From a virus (taxonomy: Duplodnaviria > Caudoviricetes), in IMG/VR virus record IMGVR_UViG_3300047480_000376, positions 1-61,709 of that record: a DNA stretch of 61,709 bases; one strand, written 5' to 3'. Below the pieces are notes generated by a model, which was given only the letters and a program-made list of their open reading frames with translations, did not search any database and had not been told where the DNA came from. Positions 8,984-16,171 of the stretch are shown piece by piece. Positions within the stretch are counted from its first letter, which is position 1. Each line of letters begins with the position of its first letter. Made by a program: the position numbers and the translations under genes.

Positions 8984-9108
8984 TTGTCGTACTCCTGCAT
9001 GAGCTGAACGGCCTTTTCTCGATTGCCGTTACGAGCAGCATTTGCAGCAGCACGTGCGTAACCGAAACCCTTCATAACAAGATAAACGTTTCGGAGAAAT
9101 TTTTTCAT
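8974..9108 (-). CDS. 44-aa small protein (MKKFLRNVYLVMKGFGYARAAAN...)
   Basis: Manual translation; ATG overlaps the hsp20 stop (TAATG) with GAGGAG upstream. Confidence 0.55.
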   Translation of the reverse strand: MKKFLRNVYLVMKGFGYARAAANAARNGNREKAVQLMQEYDKCK

Positions 9109-9614
9109 TATTTCTCCTCAGCTAAAAATTCTTTCTTGGACTTCTTTGAAGAATCTTTAACTTCGATCTTTTTTACAGATGAAACTTCTACCATCTTGTC
9201 TAAGGCAACCTTCAACATACCATTTACAATTTCAGCAGATTCGACTTCGATCTTGTCTGCTAATGCAAATGTACGTGTGAAAGCACGGTTCGCGATTCCT
9301 TTGAATAAGAATTCTGCGTTCTCAGCATCATCGCTTGTCTTACCAGTGATAGTAAGCTTATTACCATCAAGAGTAATATCGATATCAGATTGAGAGAAAC
9401 CTGCAACAGCCATCTCGATAGAGTACTTGTTGTCAGATACTTTCTTGATATTGAATGGAGGATATGCTGGAATGTTCTTAGATAGTTCTTGAGACAACTT
9501 AGCCATACGGTCAAATTGTTCATCGAAACCAACGAAGAACTTATCGAAGTCTTTTGAAGATACATTCAAAACTTCGAAAGGTTTTTGGAAAAAGTCTTTT
9601 ACTAATGCGTTCAT
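9108..9614 (-). CDS. hsp20: Small heat-shock protein (Hsp20/IbpA-like)
   Basis: YPPFNI, IEMAVAGF, FLFKGIANRAFTRTFAL, NGML.V.L. Confidence 0.95.
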   Translation of the reverse strand: MNALVKDFFQKPFEVLNVSSKDFDKFFVGFDEQFDRMAKLSQELSKNIPAYPPFNIKKVSDNKYSIEMAVAGFSQSDIDITLDGNKLTITGKTSDDAENAEFLFKGIANRAFTRTFALADKIEVESAEIVNGMLKVALDKMVEVSSVKKIEVKDSSKKSKKEFLAEEK

Positions 9615-9619
9615 GTTTT

Positions 9620-9730
9620 AGCTCCTATTAAGCGAGTTAAGTTAATAAATTGTCCTCTACCCATAAGGCGTAGAGTGAGGTGTTTATGGTGCTGGCACAC
9701 CCTCAAAGCCAGTTCCCATCCCGATTGGGG
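9620..9730 (-). promoter_or_regulatory. Structured hsp20 leader (pseudoknot, hairpin, ROSE-like thermometer)
   Basis: CTCGCT-TAAT-AGGAG hairpin covers the SD; CTCTAC/GTAGAG hairpin; CTGGC/GCCAG plus GGTGT/ACACC pseudoknot. Confidence 0.55.
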
Positions 9731-9732
9731 AT

Positions 9733-10158
9733 TTAGAATTCTTTACGTGTGTTACCTATGTTATACTTTGGACATAGTTCCCACTCATCGCGTTCCTTAA
9801 ATGACAATACTTTGATCTGTCTTAAAGGAGCACGATCTTTGGCTTGTTCGTTATTATTTATAGTCAACAAGCCCCAATCCGATAACAAGATAGCAATCGT
9901 GTTACGTCTTTGGATATCGTTTTCTGTAATGGTTGACGGTTTGCCATCCAATACAAATAATTCTTTAAAATGTACTATGAAATATCGGCCCTGTTTATGT
10001 AGTATATGACAAGACTGATATAGCTTTTTGTCTTTGCGAGATGCAACACCAATACGTGTCAGTGTCTCTCTTACTTTTAAGAAGTCATCTGGCTCGTTTA
10101 GCGTAACTTCCAGCATGGATGCTGGTGTCCACTCGACGCTCTTTTCGTTATTTTCCAC
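9733..10158 (-). CDS. regA: Translational repressor RegA
   Basis: PDDFLKVRETLTRIGVASRK..LYQSCHILHKQGRYFIVHFKELF.LDG. Confidence 0.97.
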   Translation of the reverse strand: MENNEKSVEWTPASMLEVTLNEPDDFLKVRETLTRIGVASRKDKKLYQSCHILHKQGRYFIVHFKELFVLDGKPSTITENDIQRRNTIAILLSDWGLLTINNNEQAKDRAPLRQIKVLSFKERDEWELCPKYNIGNTRKEF

Positions 10159-10522
10159 CTTTGAATACCCTTTGTCTCAATTGTCCCATTTGTTCGCCAT
10201 TGAGTAAGGGTAATGCTTGTCGAGCTTTCTCGTTGCTGTAGCCATAATACTCTTTGACGACTTCCAAATCATCAGAAGATAAAGGCTTAACCCATTTGGC
10301 AAACCTCTTTTTCTTCCTAACTGTATTTATAAGAAAGTCGTTTTGAAGCTTTTTGTCAAGATGATGTCTTTGGTTCATCTCGTTGGCTAACAAAACTGTG
10401 TCATAGTGATATGACAAAGACCTATTAATCATAAATGGATTATAAGCTTTTTCAGAAGCTTCATCTACAATCAAATTCTGTTTGCTATCACATATAGCAT
10501 TTACATAATCAAATGGATTCAT
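10148..10522 (-). CDS. 62: Clamp loader small subunit
   Basis: YNPFMINRSLS, ANEMN, RKKKRFAKW, VKEYYGYSNEKA. Confidence 0.93.
   Translation of the reverse strand: MNPFDYVNAICDSKQNLIVDEASEKAYNPFMINRSLSYHYDTVLLANEMNQRHHLDKKLQNDFLINTVRKKKRFAKWVKPLSSDDLEVVKEYYGYSNEKARQALPLLNGEQMGQLRQRVFKGGK
10324..10331 (-). promoter_or_regulatory. Possible late promoter inside gene 62 serving regA/hsp20
   Basis: TATAAATA match, but it lies within coding sequence. Confidence 0.35.
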
Positions 10523-10731
10523 CACCAATGCCTAATAACACCTGCAATAATAAAAATATTTGTAATAATATAAGAAGCCACAATAAGAGTACGTACGATT
10601 GCGACTCTGTCTGCCTCTTCATTATTAGTACTAGCCTTTTCGCCCAATGCTTTCGCCCATATTCTCCAGCATTTGGTCGTTTTCCCAAGTTTTGGCAGCA
10701 TACTCAGCATCTTCTTTCTTTTTAAAAACAC
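10522..10731 (-). CDS. Small membrane protein (WRIWAKALG family); start uncertain
   Basis: WRIWAKALGEK...ADRVAIVRT...IAGVIRHW resembles small proteins of marine T4-like phages; hydrophobic C-terminus. Confidence 0.55.
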   Translation of the reverse strand: MFLKRKKMLSMLPKLGKTTKCWRIWAKALGEKASTNNEEADRVAIVRTLIVASYIITNIFIIAGVIRHW

Positions 10732-10831
10732 CTACCGCATCTATACCTTCTCTAGCAGTATCTAAAAAGTCTACAAACCAGAACTCTTCTTTATTATACA
10801 CTCTTGCACTCAACATGTACATAGCCCTCAA
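10631..10831 (-). CDS. Hypothetical protein
   Basis: ATGA-coupled to the upstream gene; overlaps the next ORF. Confidence 0.45.
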   Translation of the reverse strand: MRAMYMLSARVYNKEEFWFVDFLDTAREGIDAVGVFKKKEDAEYAAKTWENDQMLENMGESIGRKG

Positions 10832-11949
10832 ATAAAATCGTTATCATCTTCCCAAATATTCTCTGGATATTCATTCATGTAAAACTGCCATCCAGGACCT
10901 ATAGCTTTTGCAATAGGTTTAGTAGAAACAACACTAATCAAGCTTCCTAGCTTTAATTTGTTATCTCTATAATCTGCGTCACCATTAAAATCATATATGA
11001 TGTCTTTGCATATGTACTTATAACTTGCCCAAGTATCTTTAATTAACTTGTCTGTATTATTCATAGTCCATAACTGCATCTCAGGTGTACCGAAGAATAT
11101 GAAATAATTATCTTCTGGTTTAACAGTTGATTGATACTTAGCATCAGTGTATGCAACTGATCTGGCATAAACTGACTGCCACTTAAGAGCAAAGTTAATC
11201 CACCAAAAATAATGATATACAGTTTTTATTTCTATAGGACTTGCAGCAACTACTTTATTTAGTACGTTCGTAATCTTTTGACTAGCTTCTTCATCTTTGA
11301 TTTGTTCCATAAACAAACCGCTAATGATTTCGGAAGTAGGTTCATGGAAAATAAATCCAGCACCTTTAGATTTGAATATATTACCAGATACAGCAGATCC
11401 AAATAATTGATCTCCGCCTTCTCCATTAACCATTACATACTTATCATTACCTAAGAAGGCGTGGAATAAGTAACTGCTTTCTATCTTAAACTTCTTTATG
11501 ATATGTTCGTGATAGAATTTATAGTTTTCTGCAATGCTATATTCGTTTAATAAAACGATTATATTTTCTTTTAGTTCTGTATCTGTAGCAACTTTAAGTA
11601 AACTAACCAATATAAGTGTACTATCAACCCCGCCACTATACATTATTACCAACTTTCTATTGGTATTTTTTGCGTGGTCGATTAATTGCCTTGCGCGATG
11701 CTGACATAGTTCATCAAAACTATAGTCTACTGGTACTAAGTCTGGTAGTTTACACTCATCAATAAGCTTTGTCTTAATAGGAAACTTAACGCTGGATACT
11801 CTATCAGTTATGCTAAAGTTTGCCGCAAAGAACGAAAACATATGCCTGAATGTTTTAAATCCAGGACGATCAATATATTGTTTATAACTGCTTCCTCTAG
11901 CGTGGAAGATATCGACACTGTTGTACCAAATAATCTTAGAGTCTGCCAT
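10828..11949 (-). CDS. PP-loop adenine-nucleotide alpha-hydrolase (asparagine-synthetase C-domain-like)
   Basis: MYSGGVDST PP-loop and NGEGGDQLFG; no N-terminal glutaminase domain. Confidence 0.75.
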   Translation of the reverse strand: MADSKIIWYNSVDIFHARGSSYKQYIDRPGFKTFRHMFSFFAANFSITDRVSSVKFPIKTKLIDECKLPDLVPVDYSFDELCQHRARQLIDHAKNTNRKLVIMYSGGVDSTLILVSLLKVATDTELKENIIVLLNEYSIAENYKFYHEHIIKKFKIESSYLFHAFLGNDKYVMVNGEGGDQLFGSAVSGNIFKSKGAGFIFHEPTSEIISGLFMEQIKDEEASQKITNVLNKVVAASPIEIKTVYHYFWWINFALKWQSVYARSVAYTDAKYQSTVKPEDNYFIFFGTPEMQLWTMNNTDKLIKDTWASYKYICKDIIYDFNGDADYRDNKLKLGSLISVVSTKPIAKAIGPGWQFYMNEYPENIWEDDNDFI

Positions 11950-12658
11950 AGATTTCGCCTTCTGTATAGAATCGATTAATGATTCCGTCCAAATCCTCTA
12001 ATTTTTCACAAGCCTTTATTTCTCGTGTGTATTTGATACGAATAGTTTCAGTGTTACTCAATCTAGTTTTAAAAATCTTATTCTTAAAGATGATCTCTTC
12101 AGCTGCAGTCTTAATGTCTACATTTTGCAAGTTAGCGTAGTCATTAACTAAAGGCCATTGCCATGGATCATCTAAATCTTCTGCGCTCGCTTTGCTAATT
12201 TCTACAGCTTCATCATACTTCAGTTGATATACAGCATCTTGCATATGAATAGAATTCATGATAGGACGTCTGTAATGCAAGATACGCTGATACATCTCGT
12301 CGAGCACGGCAGCCTTCTCAATCATCAAACAAAAGCTATACAGTTCTTCTTCACTAAAGTCATCTTCAGTTAAAACCCATTTATTTGTTGTATCATCCCA
12401 TTTGCACAGATATGCCTGTTTGACTGAACAACCTGCTGGCAAAACTGAGTAGCCTTGATAATTTTGCCAATATCTAGCAACTGTGTTGACCTTCGTTTCG
12501 TTTAGTGTATTAACAGTAGATATCCATGGACTAAAACAAACGATCCTAAAAGATCCCGGATCATAAACTAAATGCATAGCTTTAGGATTACCTAAGATAC
12601 GGTAATTCTTTACATGGCTTTTATATGTGACTTTTTTTCTGAATTCTTCTAATGTCAT
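11936..12658 (-). CDS. Hypothetical protein, partner of the PP-loop enzyme
   Basis: 240 aa with a helical C-terminus; overlaps the next gene; directly behind a late promoter. Confidence 0.7.
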   Translation of the reverse strand: MTLEEFRKKVTYKSHVKNYRILGNPKAMHLVYDPGSFRIVCFSPWISTVNTLNETKVNTVARYWQNYQGYSVLPAGCSVKQAYLCKWDDTTNKWVLTEDDFSEEELYSFCLMIEKAAVLDEMYQRILHYRRPIMNSIHMQDAVYQLKYDEAVEISKASAEDLDDPWQWPLVNDYANLQNVDIKTAAEEIIFKNKIFKTRLSNTETIRIKYTREIKACEKLEDLDGIINRFYTEGEIYGRL

Positions 12659-12685
12659 AGTGTTACCTTAGAGGTGTTATACCTC

Positions 12686-12693
12686 TATTTATA
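12686..12693 (-). promoter_or_regulatory. T4-type late promoter
   Basis: TATAAATA immediately after the gene 44 stop. Confidence 0.7.
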
Positions 12694-13632
12694 TCACTTA
12701 AATTCAGCGTTTGCCATAACTTCAGTCATACAAGCTACCACGTTTAGTTCATGGTCTGCCACAAAGGCATTCTTGTACTGATAGTCGGCTAGGATAATAA
12801 TCACTTGAGGGATGGACTGAGGTTGTAGGTTCTCAGCCAAAGCATCATACACCTTCCTAAAGATTGCGTGTGGTTCTGTGTCAATGTTGTTGACAACCCA
12901 CTCGCGCATTCCTTTGAAGTTCTTGGCTTTAAGTGCTGACATCAAGTCATTGATAGACTTGTCTGACAGAGTTACTAAGATACCTTCATCGATACCGCCA
13001 CTGATACTATAACGTTGAGCTTCATTAAGAACACGTCTCCAATCTGGAGCATGCTTCATGATTAGTTCAGCGAGTACAGCTTCTTCATATGTGATGGATT
13101 CCGCGTTTAGAATATCCTTCAAACGAGTCATGAACTGACCACAAAGTTGAGCAAGCATCTTCTTGTCAAACTTAAAGTCAATCACACCACAACGAGAGTG
13201 GAGTGGTTCAATGATACGATTCTTGAAGTTACATGTGAGGATGAATCTACAGTTGTTAGCAAACTCTTCGATGAAACCACGAAGAGCTGGTTGAGTAGAC
13301 TGAGGGTTTAGATAGTCAGCTTCGTCTAGGATAACACACTTGTATCCACCAGCCAATGAGACTGTAGAAGCGAATTGCCGGATCTTTGTACGAAGAGTGT
13401 CAATGTTACCTTCTTCAGATCCGTTAATAACGATGTAGTCGATACCAAGTTGCTCACATAGTGCTCGAGCAACAGTAGTCTTGCCAAGACCAGCTGTACC
13501 AGTAAACATCAGGTTGGGAAGTTCACCGTTATCTACGATCTGTTGAAATGTATCTTTGAGTTGTTTCGGAAGGATACAATCAGCGATCTTCTTAGGACGA
13601 TACTTTTCTACCCACAAAAATTGGTCTTGCAT
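12694..13632 (-). CDS. 44: Clamp loader large subunit (AAA+)
   Basis: LWVEKYRP, GTAGLGKTT, ILDEAD, PLHSRC. Confidence 0.97.
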   Translation of the reverse strand: MQDQFLWVEKYRPKKIADCILPKQLKDTFQQIVDNGELPNLMFTGTAGLGKTTVARALCEQLGIDYIVINGSEEGNIDTLRTKIRQFASTVSLAGGYKCVILDEADYLNPQSTQPALRGFIEEFANNCRFILTCNFKNRIIEPLHSRCGVIDFKFDKKMLAQLCGQFMTRLKDILNAESITYEEAVLAELIMKHAPDWRRVLNEAQRYSISGGIDEGILVTLSDKSINDLMSALKAKNFKGMREWVVNNIDTEPHAIFRKVYDALAENLQPQSIPQVIIILADYQYKNAFVADHELNVVACMTEVMANAEFK

Positions 13633-13656
13633 TCAAAAACTCCATCATAAAATTAT

Positions 13657-13667
13657 ATTATACCACA
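13657..13667 (-). promoter_or_regulatory. Extended -10 promoter before gene 44
   Basis: TGTGGTATAAT; no good -35 at 17 nt. Confidence 0.55.
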
Positions 13668-13669
13668 AA

Positions 13670-14008
13670 TCAAGCGTCAATGGAAACTCTTTTCCAAGAG
13701 TCGCCTACTTTGATCCATAGTCTATCATCTTTGCCGACTGCAAGAGAAACCTGATTAGTTATCTGAGGGTTCGGATGAAACACAAAGTTGCCATTACCTT
13801 TAGGAGCTTCAGCTGCTTTTTCTTCAGCGGTCCTATTGTCACCAGCCAACGTGAGAGTTGTATTTGGTTCTGGTGCTAGGTGAGAGATGTCTTCTGCTTG
13901 TTGTTTCTTTTCAACGACCTCAACAGTAAGTTTGGCTGCACCCAATCCAGCAGCCAAACCACCGATAACTCCCGCGCCGCTTAAAAACTTACGACGTAAG
14001 GGATTCAT
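13670..14008 (-). CDS. Small protein with twin-arginine (Tat)-type signal
   Basis: MNPLRRKFLSGAG followed by a hydrophobic Gly/Ala stretch. Confidence 0.65.
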   Translation of the reverse strand: MNPLRRKFLSGAGVIGGLAAGLGAAKLTVEVVEKKQQAEDISHLAPEPNTTLTLAGDNRTAEEKAAEAPKGNGNFVFHPNPQITNQVSLAVGKDDRLWIKVGDSWKRVSIDA

Positions 14009-14249
14009 ATAGTTCCTCTACTTCAGCTTGTTCATCTTTGACTTGCTGGAAGTTTTGCTTGTGGTAGATCTTTGCAAGAGTACGCACATACTTTGGAGGA
14101 AGCTCATACTTATCTTTGACTTCTTTTAATGTTTCACTGATTAGATCTCGTTCAGCTTCAATGCGTGTCATTGAATTAGAGATTTCTACGATAGCATCGT
14201 AGACGCCTTTACGATCTGCTGGATTACTGAGCTTGTTGATTAGACTCAT
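13989..14249 (-). CDS. T4 DsbA-like dsDNA-binding protein
   Basis: LAKIYHKQNF...E..EVEELYE resembles the T4 DsbA C-terminus; similar size (86 aa). Confidence 0.65.
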   Translation of the reverse strand: MSLINKLSNPADRKGVYDAIVEISNSMTRIEAERDLISETLKEVKDKYELPPKYVRTLAKIYHKQNFQQVKDEQAEVEELYESLTS

Positions 14250-14421
14250 CTTTTGTTTCTCCTGTTGGGGTTCCTTCTACTGGCTTAGAGTTAGCTTTTA
14301 CGAACTCAATGATTCGTTCACGCACTTCGCCAACAGTCTTTAAATCTGCACCTTTGAATACGCCTTTCTCAGATGCTAAATCGATGATTTGTACTACTAC
14401 TTGTAGATCAGTTAATCTCAT
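14224..14421 (-). CDS. Hypothetical protein
   Basis: IIDLASEKGVFKGADL..VG; tight packing with neighbours. Confidence 0.65.
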   Translation of the reverse strand: MRLTDLQVVVQIIDLASEKGVFKGADLKTVGEVRERIIEFVKANSKPVEGTPTGETKDESNQQAQ

Positions 14422-14423
14422 TA

Positions 14424-15098
14424 TTATGCCTCATATGTTGATGATTTTTCAAGAGCAATCCAATACTCGATTGGGAGGGTCTTGTGTTTGAAATGGGAGA
14501 TGAGTTTACCAGAGATTGATATGTCATAGTCTCCCGGAAGAATCTTAAAATTCGAGATATCGAAGTGGAATTTAAACTTGTGCCCATTGTTATTTCCATC
14601 TACCTCAGTACCATACGAATTAGAAGTCTTGTTCTTTGCGTCTTGTACACGAATAACGATACCGCTACCAGCATCTTCAACAGCTACGGTTGAAACAGAG
14701 AGCAATGATGTTGCTCGTTGGAGGTTGCGAAGGATGTCTGCTGTAAGTGTGAATGACACATCTGTTGGCGGCATAGTCACATCTTTTTGTGGATATGTAA
14801 GCGAAGCTTCATCAGAGAAGTAATAAGTCAATGAAGACTTGCCTTCTTCAAGAGTTACGCTCTTACCATCACCAGAGAACTTAAACGTTGGATCACTAAA
14901 CAAACTTAGTGAAGACAAGAAGTCGTTGACATCGTAGATACCAAAGTCTTGTGGAATATTTTCTGGGATTGTTGCTTTAGCGATGATGTTCTTAGCTTCA
15001 GCAATTGTTTTGATTTCATTACCCGCCCGGAACATCAAGTTTGGCTGGATGTTTGCAAAGTTTTTTAAGAGAGCGAGTGTCTCTGCAGAAAGTTTCAT
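14424..15098 (-). CDS. 45: Sliding clamp
   Basis: MKLS.ETL.LLKNFA.I, FGIYD.N.FL, YWIALE. Confidence 0.96.
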   Translation of the reverse strand: MKLSAETLALLKNFANIQPNLMFRAGNEIKTIAEAKNIIAKATIPENIPQDFGIYDVNDFLSSLSLFSDPTFKFSGDGKSVTLEEGKSSLTYYFSDEASLTYPQKDVTMPPTDVSFTLTADILRNLQRATSLLSVSTVAVEDAGSGIVIRVQDAKNKTSNSYGTEVDGNNNGHKFKFHFDISNFKILPGDYDISISGKLISHFKHKTLPIEYWIALEKSSTYEA

Positions 15099-15128
15099 AG
15101 CGTAGTCCTTGTAAAATTATATAACATT

Positions 15129-15157
15129 ATTATACCACGTTTTATTCATCTTGTACA
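15129..15157 (-). promoter_or_regulatory. Early promoter
   Basis: TGTACA-N17-TATAAT with GTGG before the -10. Confidence 0.75.
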
Positions 15158-15552
15158 CTATATTTTACGTCGTGTTCATAGAGAAACATAAGGCAACATA
15201 ATGCGTGTGCTAAATGGTTCTTACCAGTTTCGGGATCGTTTTGCTCTCCCTCTTTCCATGCCCAAACATGTCTCTGCATGGCATCGAAGTATCGACGCTT
15301 AGAATCAGGCACATATTTCCAATTATCTGGTTCATACTTCTCTGCACCAAATGTTAGGATCTCTGTAGTTGCCTTTAGCGCTAAAGGCGGAAGCAAGCCA
15401 TAACGAAGCTTGCCTCCATCAAATTTACGGCCACCCGTGGTAGCAGTCTGCGATGCCTTTATAGCATCTTGAATTTGTTGTTTTGTGAAATTACCAGGAA
15501 CTGGCGCATCCTGGATTTTAATCTTGCTTTTTCTTTTAATATCTGTTGTCAT
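15142..15552 (-). CDS. DUF5664-like dATP/dGTP diphosphohydrolase domain protein
   Basis: GRKFDGGK.RY.LLP, FGAEKY..DNW, DPETG.NHLAHA.CCL.FL. Confidence 0.82.
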   Translation of the reverse strand: MTTDIKRKSKIKIQDAPVPGNFTKQQIQDAIKASQTATTGGRKFDGGKLRYGLLPPLALKATTEILTFGAEKYEPDNWKYVPDSKRRYFDAMQRHVWAWKEGEQNDPETGKNHLAHALCCLMFLYEHDVKYSVQDE

Positions 15553-15769
15553 GATTTACAAACCTCGTTCCACAGCAGTCACATACAGATCTGCATGTAC
15601 AATTTCTTCCTTGATTGCACTCTCCCGTACACTGTGATGTTGGAAAAACAACGTTCCAAACTTTTTGCCAAAAGGGTTTATCAACTTCAACTTGTTCAGG
15701 TTTATCGCTATACTTCATCAAGTCTTCAACGACTCTATCCCAAACTTTACTCATAATATAGTCCTCCAA
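15536..15769 (-). CDS. Small Cys-rich hypothetical protein
   Basis: CTGECNQGRNCTC...CDCC; real start probably MSKVW after GGAGG. Confidence 0.55.
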   Translation of the reverse strand: MEDYIMSKVWDRVVEDLMKYSDKPEQVEVDKPFWQKVWNVVFPTSQCTGECNQGRNCTCRSVCDCCGTRFVNHDNRY

Positions 15770-15771
15770 AT

Positions 15772-15818
15772 AAAAATGAAGAGAGAGGAGCAGGTGTCCA
15801 ATCTCTCCTCTCTCTTCA
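15772..15818 (-). terminator. Rho-independent terminator
   Basis: 14-bp stem TGAAGAGAGAGGAG/CTCCTCTCTCTTCA followed by TTTTT. Confidence 0.75.
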
Positions 15819-15831
15819 AGCTGCCTTTAAG

Positions 15832-16086
15832 TTAGGCAGTCAACTCAACGAATTCACCGTTGCGTAGTGCACGAATACCTGCAGCTACGATTGCACGTGT
15901 TGGTTGACCCATGCGATATGTAGTCATACCACCAGATTTGTTTGCATAGATGCAATAACCCTGTGTGCGAAGAGCGCTAACAGTTGCTGTTGCGTTCTTG
16001 ATGCCAAAACGAGAGCTGATTTGACCAGCAGTAAAGTTTTGACCATTTTGGAAAGCCTTTAGAAGGCGTGCTTGTTTGCTTTTCAT
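15832..16086 (-). CDS. Winged-HTH DNA-binding protein
   Basis: TAGQISSRFGIKNATATVSALRTQGY.IY; GGAG SD before MKSKQ. Confidence 0.7.
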   Translation of the reverse strand: MKSKQARLLKAFQNGQNFTAGQISSRFGIKNATATVSALRTQGYCIYANKSGGMTTYRMGQPTRAIVAAGIRALRNGEFVELTA

Positions 16087-16111
16087 ACTAAAAAGTACTC
16101 CATTACGTAAT

Positions 16112-16161
16112 CGCACTCAAATTCACCCTATCACCGAGGAGGGAGTGCGGGATCCTCCTCG
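16112..16161 (-). promoter_or_regulatory. Predicted H-type RNA pseudoknot in the HTH gene leader
   Basis: S1 CGAGGAGG/CCTCCTCG and S2 CGCACTC/GAGTGCG, both perfectly paired. Confidence 0.6.
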
Positions 16162-16171
16162 AAGGTGTTCT

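Noticed and set aside
10828-11949. QueC / 7-deazaguanine pathway
   Set aside because: It has the PP-loop but lacks the QueC C-terminal Cys zinc motif, and no queD, queE, folE or dpdA is seen in the window.
12669-12687. AGAGGTATAAC shared between the hairpin after gene 44 and 23759-23769
   Set aside because: Only 11 nt in two copies; could be chance, so insufficient to call an operator.
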